A stretch of 64,000 nt of DNA from Eledone cirrhosa (Eukaryota), in the NCBI GenBank assembly GCA_964016885.1, contig OZ024743.1:284766001-284830000 (forward strand), given 5' to 3'. Below, piece after piece: positions 52,664 to 64,000 of the stretch; the stretch's first letter is position 1; every line of letters begins with the position of its first letter. The notes below the pieces were generated by a model. That model did not search any database and was not told the origin of the DNA. It was given only the letters and a program-made list of their open reading frames with translations. Made by a program: the position numbers and the translations under genes.

Positions 52664-53123
52664 TAGAAGATTAAAACTAAGACTAAATATTATTCACAAA
52701 ATATGATAAACCTATCACTTTAACAACATTCGCAAGACTTTATTTAGTTCTTGGAGTTCTTGGACCAACATTTTTATTCATTGATTTCTAACATTCTTCT
52801 CATAGAATATCTCTGTAACTGAATTGGATGCAACCCAAATATCTCTTCATATTTTGTCTTTTTTACTGGGATTCTTAGATAACACTTGCCTGAAGAATTT
52901 TGACAGTTTGTGGCTTTTGCCAACATTTTCATAGAAGCTGATTGAGTCTTTAGGTTGAGGATTTACGTCAGTTGTTAAATTAACTAATCAATATTTTCTT
53001 GGGTTTCATTGACGTCATATAATCTAGTATAAGTTATTCATATATTTTAGTTTTGATATGGTTTTCATAAAGTATCAAATGTATACTTATATGCATATGT
53101 ATGTATATATATAAAAAAAAAGG

Positions 53124-53600
53124 GGGGTGGAAAAAGTTCAGGAAGCTATTATCTCTGTCAACAACAAAAGGTTTCTTGCTACAAATGAAAGGCTTACTAT
53201 GATACCTGTGTATGATGCATAATGCTGCATGGTAGTAAGACATGGGCAGTAAATGCAGAGGATATCCAAAAGTTGGAGAAAAATGAAGCAAGCATGTGCC
53301 AATGGATGTGCAATGTTAATACGCATGAAAGACAAAGCTGGATATAGAGGAATCATATATAATTTGCATGAGAGTAGATTGCACTGATATGGACATGTGA
53401 TGGTCTTTGCCAAGCTTACACTAAGGCCTCTCAGTTCTATGAAGAAATGACAATTATTTGAAATGCATGGCACATGTGGAAAAGAAAGACATAGGAAGAC
53501 ATGGCCTCCACCTCATGATAGACATTACAAAGAACTGAAATGGTTAGTTAAAGACAGTGCTGAAAAGAACCACTGACCTGTGCAAGCAAGGCAAAGACAG
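53124..53600 (+). mobile_element. Degenerate RTE 3' fragment
   Basis: Homology to GWKKFRKLL...KGF...MLHGS.TW...EASM..WMCN...YGHV. Confidence 0.85.
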
Positions 53601-54249
53601 TCTGAATGATATTAGAAGATCCATTGATCACTTTATTCCTGTTCATTCCCCATCACTATCTACTGCTTTATCTGTTATACCCAACCCTCATACCTGTCTT
53701 ATTGTATGTACCACCCATCCATGTAACAAGGATGGGGGGGGGGGATCTGTCTGTTTCAATCTCTCCACCATCATTCACTATCACTATTTATTGAAAGAAC
53801 AATAAACAAAAACAGCAACTAAAGTATATATAACAAAAAAAAGCACCATATGCACATGAATATTCACCATCACCCACGCCATACACACAGGAACATGATA
53901 ACAGACACATATATATGCACACACACACACACACATATACAAATGCACACACACACACACACATATGTTCAAACATACATGCACGTACACATACACATGT
54001 GCACACATTTATGTACATGCAAAATTCCAGGCACACAAAAAAAGAAACCAGTTATAGGATAATTAATTGAAATGGTCAAAATATGCGGAAAGACTTTGAA
54101 CAATTGATTAATTAATTAATAATAATAATAATAGTAATGATTTCTGATTTAAGCATAAAGCCAACAATTTGAGGGGAGGGGAAAGTCGATTAAATCAACC
54201 CCAATGCATTAATGGTGCTTTATTTTATCAAACCCATAAAGCAGGGGAA

Positions 54250-54296
54250 GCAACTGACAACATTGTTTTTCACTTGTTAGTGGTTATCAACGCTGC
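54250..54296 (-). ncRNA. Variant-core minimal hammerhead-like motif (U3:A8, A12)
   Basis: Minus strand GCAGCG-TTGATAA-CCACT(AACA)AGTGA-AAAA-C-AATGTT-GTC-AGTTGC. Confidence 0.55.
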
Positions 54297-54370
54297 ATAT
54301 CCAACTAATTTTTACTGAGACAAAAATAATCTATAGAGTTCTCGACTATGTATATGAGCTGATGAAGCTC

Positions 54371-54378
54371 ATTTGCAT
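54371..54378 (-). promoter_or_regulatory. Octamer motif ATGCAAAT about 75 nt upstream of the hammerhead-like motif
   Basis: Perfect ATTTGCAT on the + strand. Confidence 0.4.
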
Positions 54379-54569
54379 ATGGAACAGTAGCCGGCCAGGA
54401 TTAAATAAATCAAAAATTAGTATAGGTGCTCCAATATAGCATTATACACATATATGTACGTGTTGTATACAAAATGTTTCTGAAAAACATTTTACAACCT
54501 TCTGCTATGAATATTTTTAAGGTTGTGACCACTGTCACACATCTTTAGTCTTAGCAAAAACCAAGGGAA

Positions 54570-54616
54570 GCAACTGACAACGTTGTTTTTCACTTGTTAG
54601 TGGATGTCAAAGCTGC
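54570..54616 (-). ncRNA. Second copy of the variant hammerhead-like motif
   Basis: Minus strand GCAGCT-TTGACAT-CCACT(AACA)AGTGA-AAAA-C-AACGTT-GTC-AGTTGC, with a perfect palindrome ACAACGTTGT in stem III. Confidence 0.55.
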
Positions 54617-57600
54617 ATATCTACCAGAGACAAAAATAAGCTAGAATCTTATAGATTTTTTGCCTATGTATATGAGCTGATAAAGCTCATTTGCTAAGAC
54701 TAAGGATGTGTGTCAGCAGTCACAACCTTAAAAAAGTTCATAGTGGAAGGCTGTCAAATGTTTCTACTGTATACAACACGTACATATATGTATATAACGT
54801 TATGTTGAAGCACCTTTACTAAGTCATAAACAGTTATTAGGAGAAATCTTAGAAAATTGGCCATCACAGATTATCTGAAGAAAAGTTGTATAGATATTTG
54901 CTGTATTGTAGACTCATCTAATCCATTATGCCAGTATAAAACTTCTGCAAAAATGATGATAGCTATGATGATGTACAGTATATTTCTTTTAAATGCAGAG
55001 AGAGTGGAATTACATTACATCAACTCAATTTCTTAAGAATTATCTCCATTTATATCTTGACAGTAATGAACGAAGTTTTTTTTACTGTTTGTTGTGATAA
55101 AACAAAAATCTATCATTATAATTACTATTGCATATTTTTCTGTATTATTTTCTGTATATCTTCTGCATATCTTCTGTATTATTGGCAAATATCTGATATG
55201 TTCTATTATATTTATTTATCAAAAATATATAATCAATAATGAATGAAACTATTTTTCATGTTTTAAGAATATTCAATTAATAGAATTCAACCCAACAAAT
55301 AGTTTTATTTAACATTTTGTAAATTATTATAATTATTTTCTCTTAACAACAACAACAACAACACCAATCATAATAATGAAACAACTCCAAAAATGCAGAA
55401 TGATAGAACTTTTCATTGGAAGAAAATTAGATCAAAACTGATGAATTTATTGATGTGTGAATTTTAATTCTGAATCTGTTATTCATTGCTCTTTGTAATT
55501 TATAAATGGGCATAACAGAAGATCAAGGCCAAATTGCAGATGAACTTTTCTTTGTTTCTATTTTTTGTCAAGGCTATTAGTGTTTTTATTTTAAACTACC
55601 ATAGTGCTAATTGTATTGAACTCTTCATACTGATCATATAGAAAATAAAAATAACTATATTACAGGACCAACACATGATGAATGATGCTACAGTACAGAT
55701 CTATACTGACATGCTAATATTATTCAAAATTTTATGATTTTGATTAACTAATAAAACTATAGATTATTATGTTTGAATTCTTTTACAGTTGTTTTTACTG
55801 TTAACTGTCGCAGTCTGCTGTTCAAATCTTATTTGATTTAATTTTTTGCCTTTCAGCATTTTATTGCCGATAACATAAGTATGAAATCACTTGAGTGTAT
55901 ACTCATTCTAAAAAAATATTTGTTTTTAATCAAATCAAAACAAATTAATTAGTGTCTAACATATAATGGCAGCAAGTTGGCAGAAATAGTTGAGTGCTTT
56001 GTTGTAGGCTCTGCTACTTCCTTCTGACAAAATGATTTTATAAAAACCATTTAATCATTATTATCCTCATTCTACATGTTTTCCATGTTGGCAAAGGTTG
56101 TGTTGCCGTTGTCTAAGACTAGATTGGTCAAAGAACCACATCTTGCTTATTTGTTCTATATTTGGCTTCAGTTTACAATATAACCTCAAATCCCACTTGG
56201 ATGGACTATCTTTCACTGTTCCTCAGTTGCTAAACTAATTACGAGAATTGTAATTTAGATTGGATTTATTCAATCAGCTCCCTTCAAACATTAGTCTTGT
56301 GCTGAATCAAATACAAGAAATAATTATATATAGCATACATTTAGCAGTAAATTATCCTGTGATGTTGGACACATCAGATGATTTTTATCATAGATTGCAA
56401 CTAACCTTAAGAATACTTCAAATATTTTCTTTCTGTTAATGATTTCCAAAATCTATATCACCTTACATATATTAATTCAAGTATAGAAGCATTCAAACTT
56501 TTATGAAAATTAATAAAGAAAAATATAATTTGCTTATATAATGACTAGAATAATCTGTTGCAATAATATTTGATTGATTTCTTACATAAATTTAAAGTAA
56601 AAATGTATAGAGACGTAGCAAAAAAAGTGTGTGACGTTCATATCTTTCTCAGGGGTAATAAATAACTAAACTGAAAAGATTTCAATTGATAATCAAGCTT
56701 ATCTTCTACAGTCTAACACTTGCCATATACTCATACTAATATTATATTAATCATAAATATCACTGAATTAGAATTATCACAATATCTTAGATAGAGAATA
56801 AATTATATTTCCTGTTTGACTTTTCTGAAAGTCTTTTTTTCTTTTCCCAATTCTCTTGTGAATCTATATAGTTAAACTCAATATCTTATATACATACATA
56901 GATAAATGTATTTACCTATGTTAATGATTTTTAAAAAATAATCTATGCCTCTATATGTTATGTGTTAGAAGTATGGGGTTTTGAAATTAAATATTTAATT
57001 CATTCATATATTCAAAATATAGTTTTTTTTATAGATTCTTTAAATCTTTCATATGAAACATTGTAAAAAGAAAGTAGCTTTTCTTTCATAATTTCAGTAC
57101 CATATAACAATAATCATCACTTTTTTGAGGTGTTGCAGTGTTTATTAATTTTACATATTCATTTTTGTTCTCTGTGCAATAACCTTCTTTATATTCATAC
57201 TTCTAATTACTGTTACTAATATTCCTGAATGTTTCTGATGTGTTATTTTCTATGTCTAACCACTTCTCTGACTTTCTCATATCTCTTAAGAGCAGGCATG
57301 GCTGTATGATTAAGAAGTTTACTTCGCAATCACATGAGTTGGGCTTGATTCCATTGCATGCTATTTTACACAAGCTTTGAATCAACGTAAGCTATGTGAG
57401 TGAAATTGAATAGCCAGCTGGGTTGTATTTGTTCTTGGGTGATAGACTTTAATCAGCACCCAGTTTAACACCACCACCACCACCCAGTTTATACCACCAC
57501 CACTATCCAGTTTAACTCCATCACTTGTTCCTTGACTGTTGCAAGCATTCAGACAAGTTCTTCAGTTTCTGTCTCTATAACCTCCACCAGTCTCTGTCTT

Positions 57601-57959
57601 GCAAACATGTGTGAGTACTTATTTCCCTCATTAGACTAAGAAATTAAGCCATGATAAAAAATATATCTTTTCAGATCCTAAAATTTTAAAACTTATTTTA
57701 CCACTTTTAGTATCTTTTTGATAGTTATACTTCCTGTATAGTCATATTCGACATAAAACAGAAAATATGTTTGGTGTACAGTGCTGAAATAACTGGTTTT
57801 TTTTTATATATATCATAGTTTCTTCTAGTCAAATCTATCTTAAAACAGTTTTATGGTATAAAAAAATAGATGTTCTTTTCCTAAGTTTTAATGGTTACTC
57901 TTTGACTATATTTAAATTTTACGACATCTTTGTTGTTGCATCTTCTGTGCTCTAATGAT

Positions 57960-58180
57960 TAATTATTTCTACTATAGGCACAGGGTCAGCAATTTGGGGG
58001 AAAGGAAAGTCGATTGAATCGACCCCAGTGCGTTACTGGTACTTTATTTTATCAACCCTGTAAGGATGAAAGGCTAAGCTAACCTCGGCGGAATTTGAAC
58101 TCAGAACATAAAGGGCTGTAACTCTCTGCCACAAAGCAGGTTGTTCGATGCTCTACTGATACTGCCAATCTGCTACCCTG
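57960..58180 (-). mobile_element. Nin-type SINE (long subfamily), full length
   Basis: Reverse complement of the family at 38567, with GTCGATTGAATCGAC hairpin. Confidence 0.87.
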
Positions 58181-58649
58181 ATTTCTTACAGAGACTCTAG
58201 GTTTCAACTATATAACAAAGAGGAGTACAATTGTGTAATGATTATTACTTTTCTAAAAAACAAAACAAAAAACATTAGATATGTAAATCAACTGATACGG
58301 TTACTAAGAGGAATTCAAATAAATCTTGTTCAAGTTTTACCAACATCTTACCTGTTATCATTCTAACTACATGATTATGTTAATGATGTCAAAATACTTA
58401 AGTTAATTGATATTTTAGAAACATGAAATTAATAAGATGTCCTCATAACTCTTTTTCTTACAACATATTTTTGTTGCTATTTCCACACATTGGGATTTTT
58501 TCTTTGTTTTTGTTCTAGTTCTCATGTTCGCTAATTTCTTGACTGTGATACAGCAAATCTCCAATAATTGAAAGATTTATTAAATGTGAAAACATTAAAG
58601 ATTGACATACAATGGATTGTTCTTTGCAGAGCTGTTCTGTTAGAGAATG

Positions 58650-59885
58650 GGTCACAGATGGTGGATAGTGATACAGCCACAAGATATGATGGTTAGTTGA
58701 AATATAATTAGGCTCCTGCCAGACGAATAAGCAGCCTGGACCAACAGTGGTAAACTACTTGGAGAGATAGAGCAATGGGTGACACCCATAGCTCCAAGAA
58801 AACTCTCTCAACCCAATGATGAAGCTACAGCAAGGTGAGTAAAGGCTGCCTCTAAAAAAGCCTAGTCATCACGGGTTTGAGAAAAGTACCAGATTAGTGA
58901 CTGGCATCAATAAGACCACCAAAGCTGCAATATTATTAGAGGCAACAAAAACAATCATACCACATCATCCTTCATGCAGGGTGCATTTGAGCCTGAGGTA
59001 GAAGGGCCTGTTCAAAAATATATTGCAGTCTCCATCTCATGCTGCAAGAACTGGCGATGAGCTTATGACCTATCCTGGAAGCCATGGGATGGACACACAA
59101 TGGCTGTGTATCTCAGGACCCCAAAGAGGGTTCAGAATGGAGCAAACCCTAACAATTAGAACCTGGAACATTACAACCATTAAAGATAATGAGCAGGAAC
59201 TTGTGGAGGAGGCTAAATGCTACCAGCTAGATATAGTCAGGGTTTCTTCAGCAAAATTTCATGGCTCTGGTACTGTAGATTTGGATAGAGGATGGAAACT
59301 TCACTATTCAGGTGTGGCACCAGAAGTGACTGCACAGGCATGAGTGGGGATACTCACAAGCCTCCAGCTATCAGAGTGTGTTATGGATTGGATCCCACTG
59401 AGAGGAAGAATTTGTCTCTTGAAGCTTAAGCTGGAAGATATGTCTCATAAGTGTATGCATCAAACAAAGAGTCTGAATACAGATCCTTCCTTGATGAAAC
59501 TGAAATGGTTTTTTTTTCTGAAAAGTCTTTAGAGTAATGTTACTTGGTAGAGTGCATGGCTCAGAGATCAGAGAGTCATTCCAGATAGAGTTGCTACTTC
59601 TCCAAATTGAGAGATCACAGCTCTGATAATACAGACATGTGACTAGAATGTCTCAGGAAAGAATTACTGGACTGATTTTATAGGTAAAAACGACCAGCAG
59701 GAGACCCAGGAGTAGACTCCAAGCAAGATAATTGGATTATATCAATGACCTCGGCTTGTATTGCTTGGGGATTCAGCTGAATCAATTGGAGACAGTTGCT
59801 TTTGACAGGACCTGCTAGAAGGTGTGTTTGAGGACTCCACCCCCATGGGACTCCCAGGAGTAAGTGGGCAAAGAAGATGTGATGA
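58650..59885 (+). mobile_element. Internally deleted, degenerate Expander/Rex3-type RTE LINE
   Basis: APE N-terminus TWNITTIKDNEQELVEEAK.YQLDIV...GWKLHYSGV...VGIL is joined directly to C-terminal HVTRM...GKRP.G.PR..W.DYI homology. The boundaries are approximate. Confidence 0.8.
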
Positions 59886-62800
59886 GTAGCAAACTTATAA
59901 TTTCGTTTTAAGAAGCCAATATACTAACATTACTTATCTACAGCATCTCAGCTTCACTTAGAACTGCCTACTGATGCCATGTTTCACCCTCTTCTTACAT
60001 CTCTCTCTCTTGCTCTCTCTCTTTTCTTTTACTTCTTTCTGGTATTTTCAAAGTCTCTCATATTAAATAGCTTGTACATCATGACACCAACAAGCTAAAG
60101 GGAGATCTGTGTGTGGGTGTGATGAACTTCACTCAAACTGCTCAATATTGCTAGTACAGTTCTCAAAAATGTTCAGGCCAACTTGAAAATGAGAATTTAC
60201 ACAACAGGACTTCACTGTTGATCATCATATCCGTGATAAAAATCAAATGGTTTTAGCTAAATTACCAATTGAATTCTTCTAAGTGTTCAGTTAATTGCTT
60301 CCATGTTATTAGTCTGCTCTAACAGAAGAGATTCAAACTATTCTACAATAACAACTATAAGCACAGCTAATTTTGTATTCTTCAGATTCTGGCTTTTTTC
60401 TTTGGTCAATTCTTCTTGTTAAATCATTTTCAGTATTACAAACATGATATTAATTTCTTTGAACTAACTAGCAGACCAATGTTTTTTTGTGAAGGAAATG
60501 TATAATTAGTTGATATGATCCATCATATTACAAGTATTCAGTTTATTGACCCTGAGAAAAGTATAGACAGAGTTGACCTCAGCAAAATATGAACTCAAAA
60601 CAAGAAAATATCTTACAAGGTTAGTAATGATACAAATTGAAGTGAAATATCTATAACTATGAATCAAAATCAAACTGAGAGCAACTTAGTTCATTAACAG
60701 CTCAGTATAGCACTTGCCATATACTTCACAATATTCAATTAACTACACACTAATTTCTTCAGTCTTTTCACCTATTTTCTGACTTTTTTTCAGTGGTACA
60801 GGGTCTCAAGTTGCATGTCAATACGAGGTCGAGATACAGTTATTTCTCATTGAATCAGACAATATAAAGAAAAGTAAAAATCATTATTTCAGTTGGCTGT
60901 TGTTATTATTGAATAATACTAGTTAACTATGCATAGAGCATACCAATGAAACACCTTGAAGCAAGTTCTCCATATTGTAGCTAATTTTTTTTGCAACAAC
61001 TATTCAGCTAATTACTAGTAGAATTTAAGACTGGATATAGCTAGTTATTTAAAACTTACTGCATCACTAATGTAGTTATATAAATATCCTTTGAGGTGGA
61101 TAAACTTGTGCTGAAATTTCTTGTGGAAGCAAAGATGAGTGAGTTGATTAAGAGACTTATGAACTCTAGGCTTTTGAATCCTAAATTTATATGTTAAAGT
61201 TTTTGTTGCATCGTTCATTAAGATTGTAATATTTCTGCAAATATTCTTTTCCTTCCCTTGTGAAAGTTGTATTACTAAAAGTTGCAATATAGTAATATTA
61301 TCAATATACATGACAGGTTCAACTGTCTTAAACAATTTCAAATATTTCTATAAGCTTAGGAACTAAATTTACTACAGGATCAGAGGATTACATCCAGAAA
61401 ATATTGTTATTGTTCAGTAATTTATATTCTTTTAATGTTTGTATTAATCAACAAATATACTATTTCATTTATTTTTCATCAATAGCTTTTCTTCTGTTGC
61501 CCTGTGCTTGCTTAATTTCAAAAGATCTGTAACATATTTCTCCTTATCTTTTGATCCCACAGCTTGTCATTCATGAAATATGTCAGTCTCAGGTCTAACC
61601 AAGCTAAGTGCAGAACTCCAAGTACAAGCTGCCTCATAGTCACAGCAGATAAAATGGAGAGTTCACTGGGACCACAAGGCACCATGTGCCTGGGGTTCTG
61701 CACACCAAAGAGCTTTCCCCCAACATTGTCTGTTGGGTTGCTAATATTTACATTTGTCAACCTACAGTACCTAACACCAACTACAATCATTACCAACTAC
61801 CACCATCACCACAACCAGCCATCGCCAACCACCACCACGACAAACCAAGCTAAGTTTCCCCCAAAACTTTCTTTGGTCTAATCCCTACTGTGGATATTTT
61901 CAATAATATTTTCATACCTACTTAGCCATTTCTCCAGAGACTGTATTATCCACCCAATTTCTCAACTTATATATTTCTGGTCGTCTTTTCTCATAAATAA
62001 ACATTTTATATCTATCTGCTCTGATTAGAAAGAATTACAGTTAAAATCAGTATATACTCGACTATAAACCAAAGAATATGTGACCAAAAAATCAATGGTA
62101 AAATGGTGGGGTCAGCTTATATTCACCATCTAAACATAATAATTAGCCACCTTGACTAATAAACGAAGTTTGGATTTTTGCCTATTTCTCCAACATAAAA
62201 TACGGGTGGGGGTATTATATTTGAGTATATTCGGTAGTTTCCTTTCATTTTTTACATATTTCTTCTTTCATTTATTCACATCCAGACACTTTATTTTTAT
62301 TTTTGTCATTAATGTAATTATTTCCCTTGTTGTGGGATTAATGATTTTATATCATATTTATATTAGCAAAGTTCCTAACCTAATTAAAGTTTAACTTCTT
62401 CAGAAACCCAAACTGTGACAGGTGCAAAACCTTCCCCAACCACACCCAAAGATTTTTTCAGTAGCTGCTTATTCTGTGACAGAAATCAATGTGTCTTTTG
62501 TTGTTACAGGAAATACTTATTAAACTTTCCTGTTCAGCCTGTTAAGATCAATAGACAGTCAAACAAGGTTGTTTGTTATCTTACTGCTGCATTTAGTAAC
62601 TCTCTTCACATTGATTGTGTGTGTGTGTTTTAAGACTATCCATTTGTCTAAGATAGATGAAGACAAGCATCATCAAATTCAAACGTTAGATTTTGGCTTT
62701 GTCACCTTAGCATTCTTTACAACTAGAAGTCAGTGGAAACAAGCAGACTATCATTGTATCAAATGTTTATGAAAGTAAATAAAAAAAATAAAAACATTAA

Positions 62801-62986
62801 AACAAAAAAAAATACTGTCACCTTTCATGAAAAAAAAAAATCTATAAATATAGTGGATCCTGTTCAGACTTTGAGAATGACAGTTATCAGAGAAAAGAAA
62901 ATATGAAAGTCACTCACTCAAGTCATAAGAGATAATAATTATTTAGATGTAAATTTTATGTAAGAATATATTTGCAGCCTTGTTCC

Positions 62987-63059
<73 letters not shown>

Positions 63060-63399
63060 CACACACACACTCCTTCGGCTGCAACGTTTTTCGAAATATT
63101 TACTTCTGCGTTCACAGATTGATTTTTTAGTTTCAGAAGATCCCGTTATGGGTGAAAGCAGCGATTCTTTACTTAAACTTTAATTTGTTATTTTAATATA
63201 TATATCAATCTATTATATAGATATTTCTATATGAAATATATGTATACCATCTCTATCATCATCATCGTTTTTACATCTGCTTTTCCATGCTTGCATGGGT
63301 TGGATGGGTTCTTCTCAGCATGGCAATGTGTGTTACATTATCCACTTTTGATCCATACAACCTACATTTGTCATTAATGCTTTACCCATGTAACTTCTT

Positions 63400-63995
63400 C
63401 ATTGAGTTGGTGTTTGTAAGTTTGGGCTTGATCCTGGGTGGCTAAAAGCTAACCCTCCATATCTCTCTTCATATCTCCCCTTCTCAACCAATCCCTTGAT
63501 CTTTCAGTTTTCAGGTGTCTATTCTGTTCTTCAAATTGGCCATGCAAAGGCATTGGCACTCTCAATTCGTGCTTTTCTTTCTCAACTCTTTTCTTGTAGT
63601 CCTCTTTGCTTTCCAAGAATTCTTTCACTAATTTATTTGTCTTGGCATCATATTTGAGTAGTATCTCATTGCTGTTTGCAATGTAAGAGTCTGGGCCTCT
63701 CCTCTCTGCAATGACGCATTCTTCTACTCCAATCAATCCTCTCCCACCATTCTTTCTTGACTCATACAGCCTCAAAACATTTTCACCCTTACAGACTACC
63801 CCCATCTCTGCCAACATCACCTTGGTCTTTCTGTTGATGTCTTCCAGTTCCTGCTTGGTCCAATTGAGGACCTCCCCACTGTATCTCACTACTGCTACAG
63901 CCCAGCAATTTATAGCTGCCATCAACTTTCATGCATTCAGTTTTGTCTTTACAAGTAATTCTACTCTCCTTCTAATTAATATTATTATTATAATC
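63400..63995 (-). mobile_element. R4/Dong-clade (RLE) non-LTR retrotransposon fragment
   Basis: ORF 63449-63925 reads AINCWAVAVVRYS...W...EL..INRKT...RLYESRKNGGRGL...PLHGQF...WL..GD.K...EG. Confidence 0.85.
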
Positions 63996-64000
63996 CTGCC

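Larger units (their letters stand above)
54243..54822. mobile_element. Second retrozyme-like element: 320-bp unit, partial tandem copy and inverted copy
   Basis: 54243-54376 resembles 54563-54694. 54691-54822 is a diverged reverse complement of 54417-54556. Confidence 0.8.

Noticed and set aside
52720-53020. Coding-like minus-strand stretch, faintly resembling a Crypton-type N-terminus
   Set aside because: It has multiple stops and the similarity is too weak to call by eye.
54356-54395. Plus-strand CTGATGA as a hammerhead core
   Set aside because: It lies in a GAGCT-GATGA-AGCTC hairpin with no downstream GAAA or stem III. The minus-strand motif fits much better.
58700-58830. HDV-like ribozyme in the 5' UTR of the Expander-type RTE
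   Set aside because: Plausible for the clade, but the nested double pseudoknot could not be assembled from this decayed copy.
61518-61796. Minus ORF with WLDLRLTY, reminiscent of the Cys-loop receptor WxDxRL motif, and neighbouring ORF 61045-61341
   Set aside because: Only one short motif, weak splice signals and no other receptor exons were found. BLASTX or RNA-seq would be needed.

Overview
This is AT-rich, repeat-saturated animal genomic DNA. The SINE/LINE families and long (TA)n/(CAT)n tracts suggest an Octopus-like cephalopod (inference). No host protein-coding exon can be supported. The window holds at least two young RTE LINE families with a PHD finger inside the RT region, a Penelope-like element (RT plus C-terminal GIY-YIG), and fragments of R4/Dong, CRE and Expander-type LINEs. 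It also holds a DD37D (maT) transposon, a hAT MITE, several fold-back elements and many tRNA-derived SINEs. Two non-coding RNA signals stand out. First, two unrelated tandem-plus-inverted retrozyme-like units (466 bp and 320 bp) each carry a minimal, dimer-type hammerhead ribozyme about 75-86 nt downstream of an snRNA-type octamer. One has a canonical core and the other a compensatory U3:A8 core. Second, a copy-number-variable array of ~47-nt hairpin plus H-type pseudoknot modules, with visible covariation, lies in the 3' UTR of the RTE LINEs and their partner SINE. All structures were read by eye; none was computed or tested.
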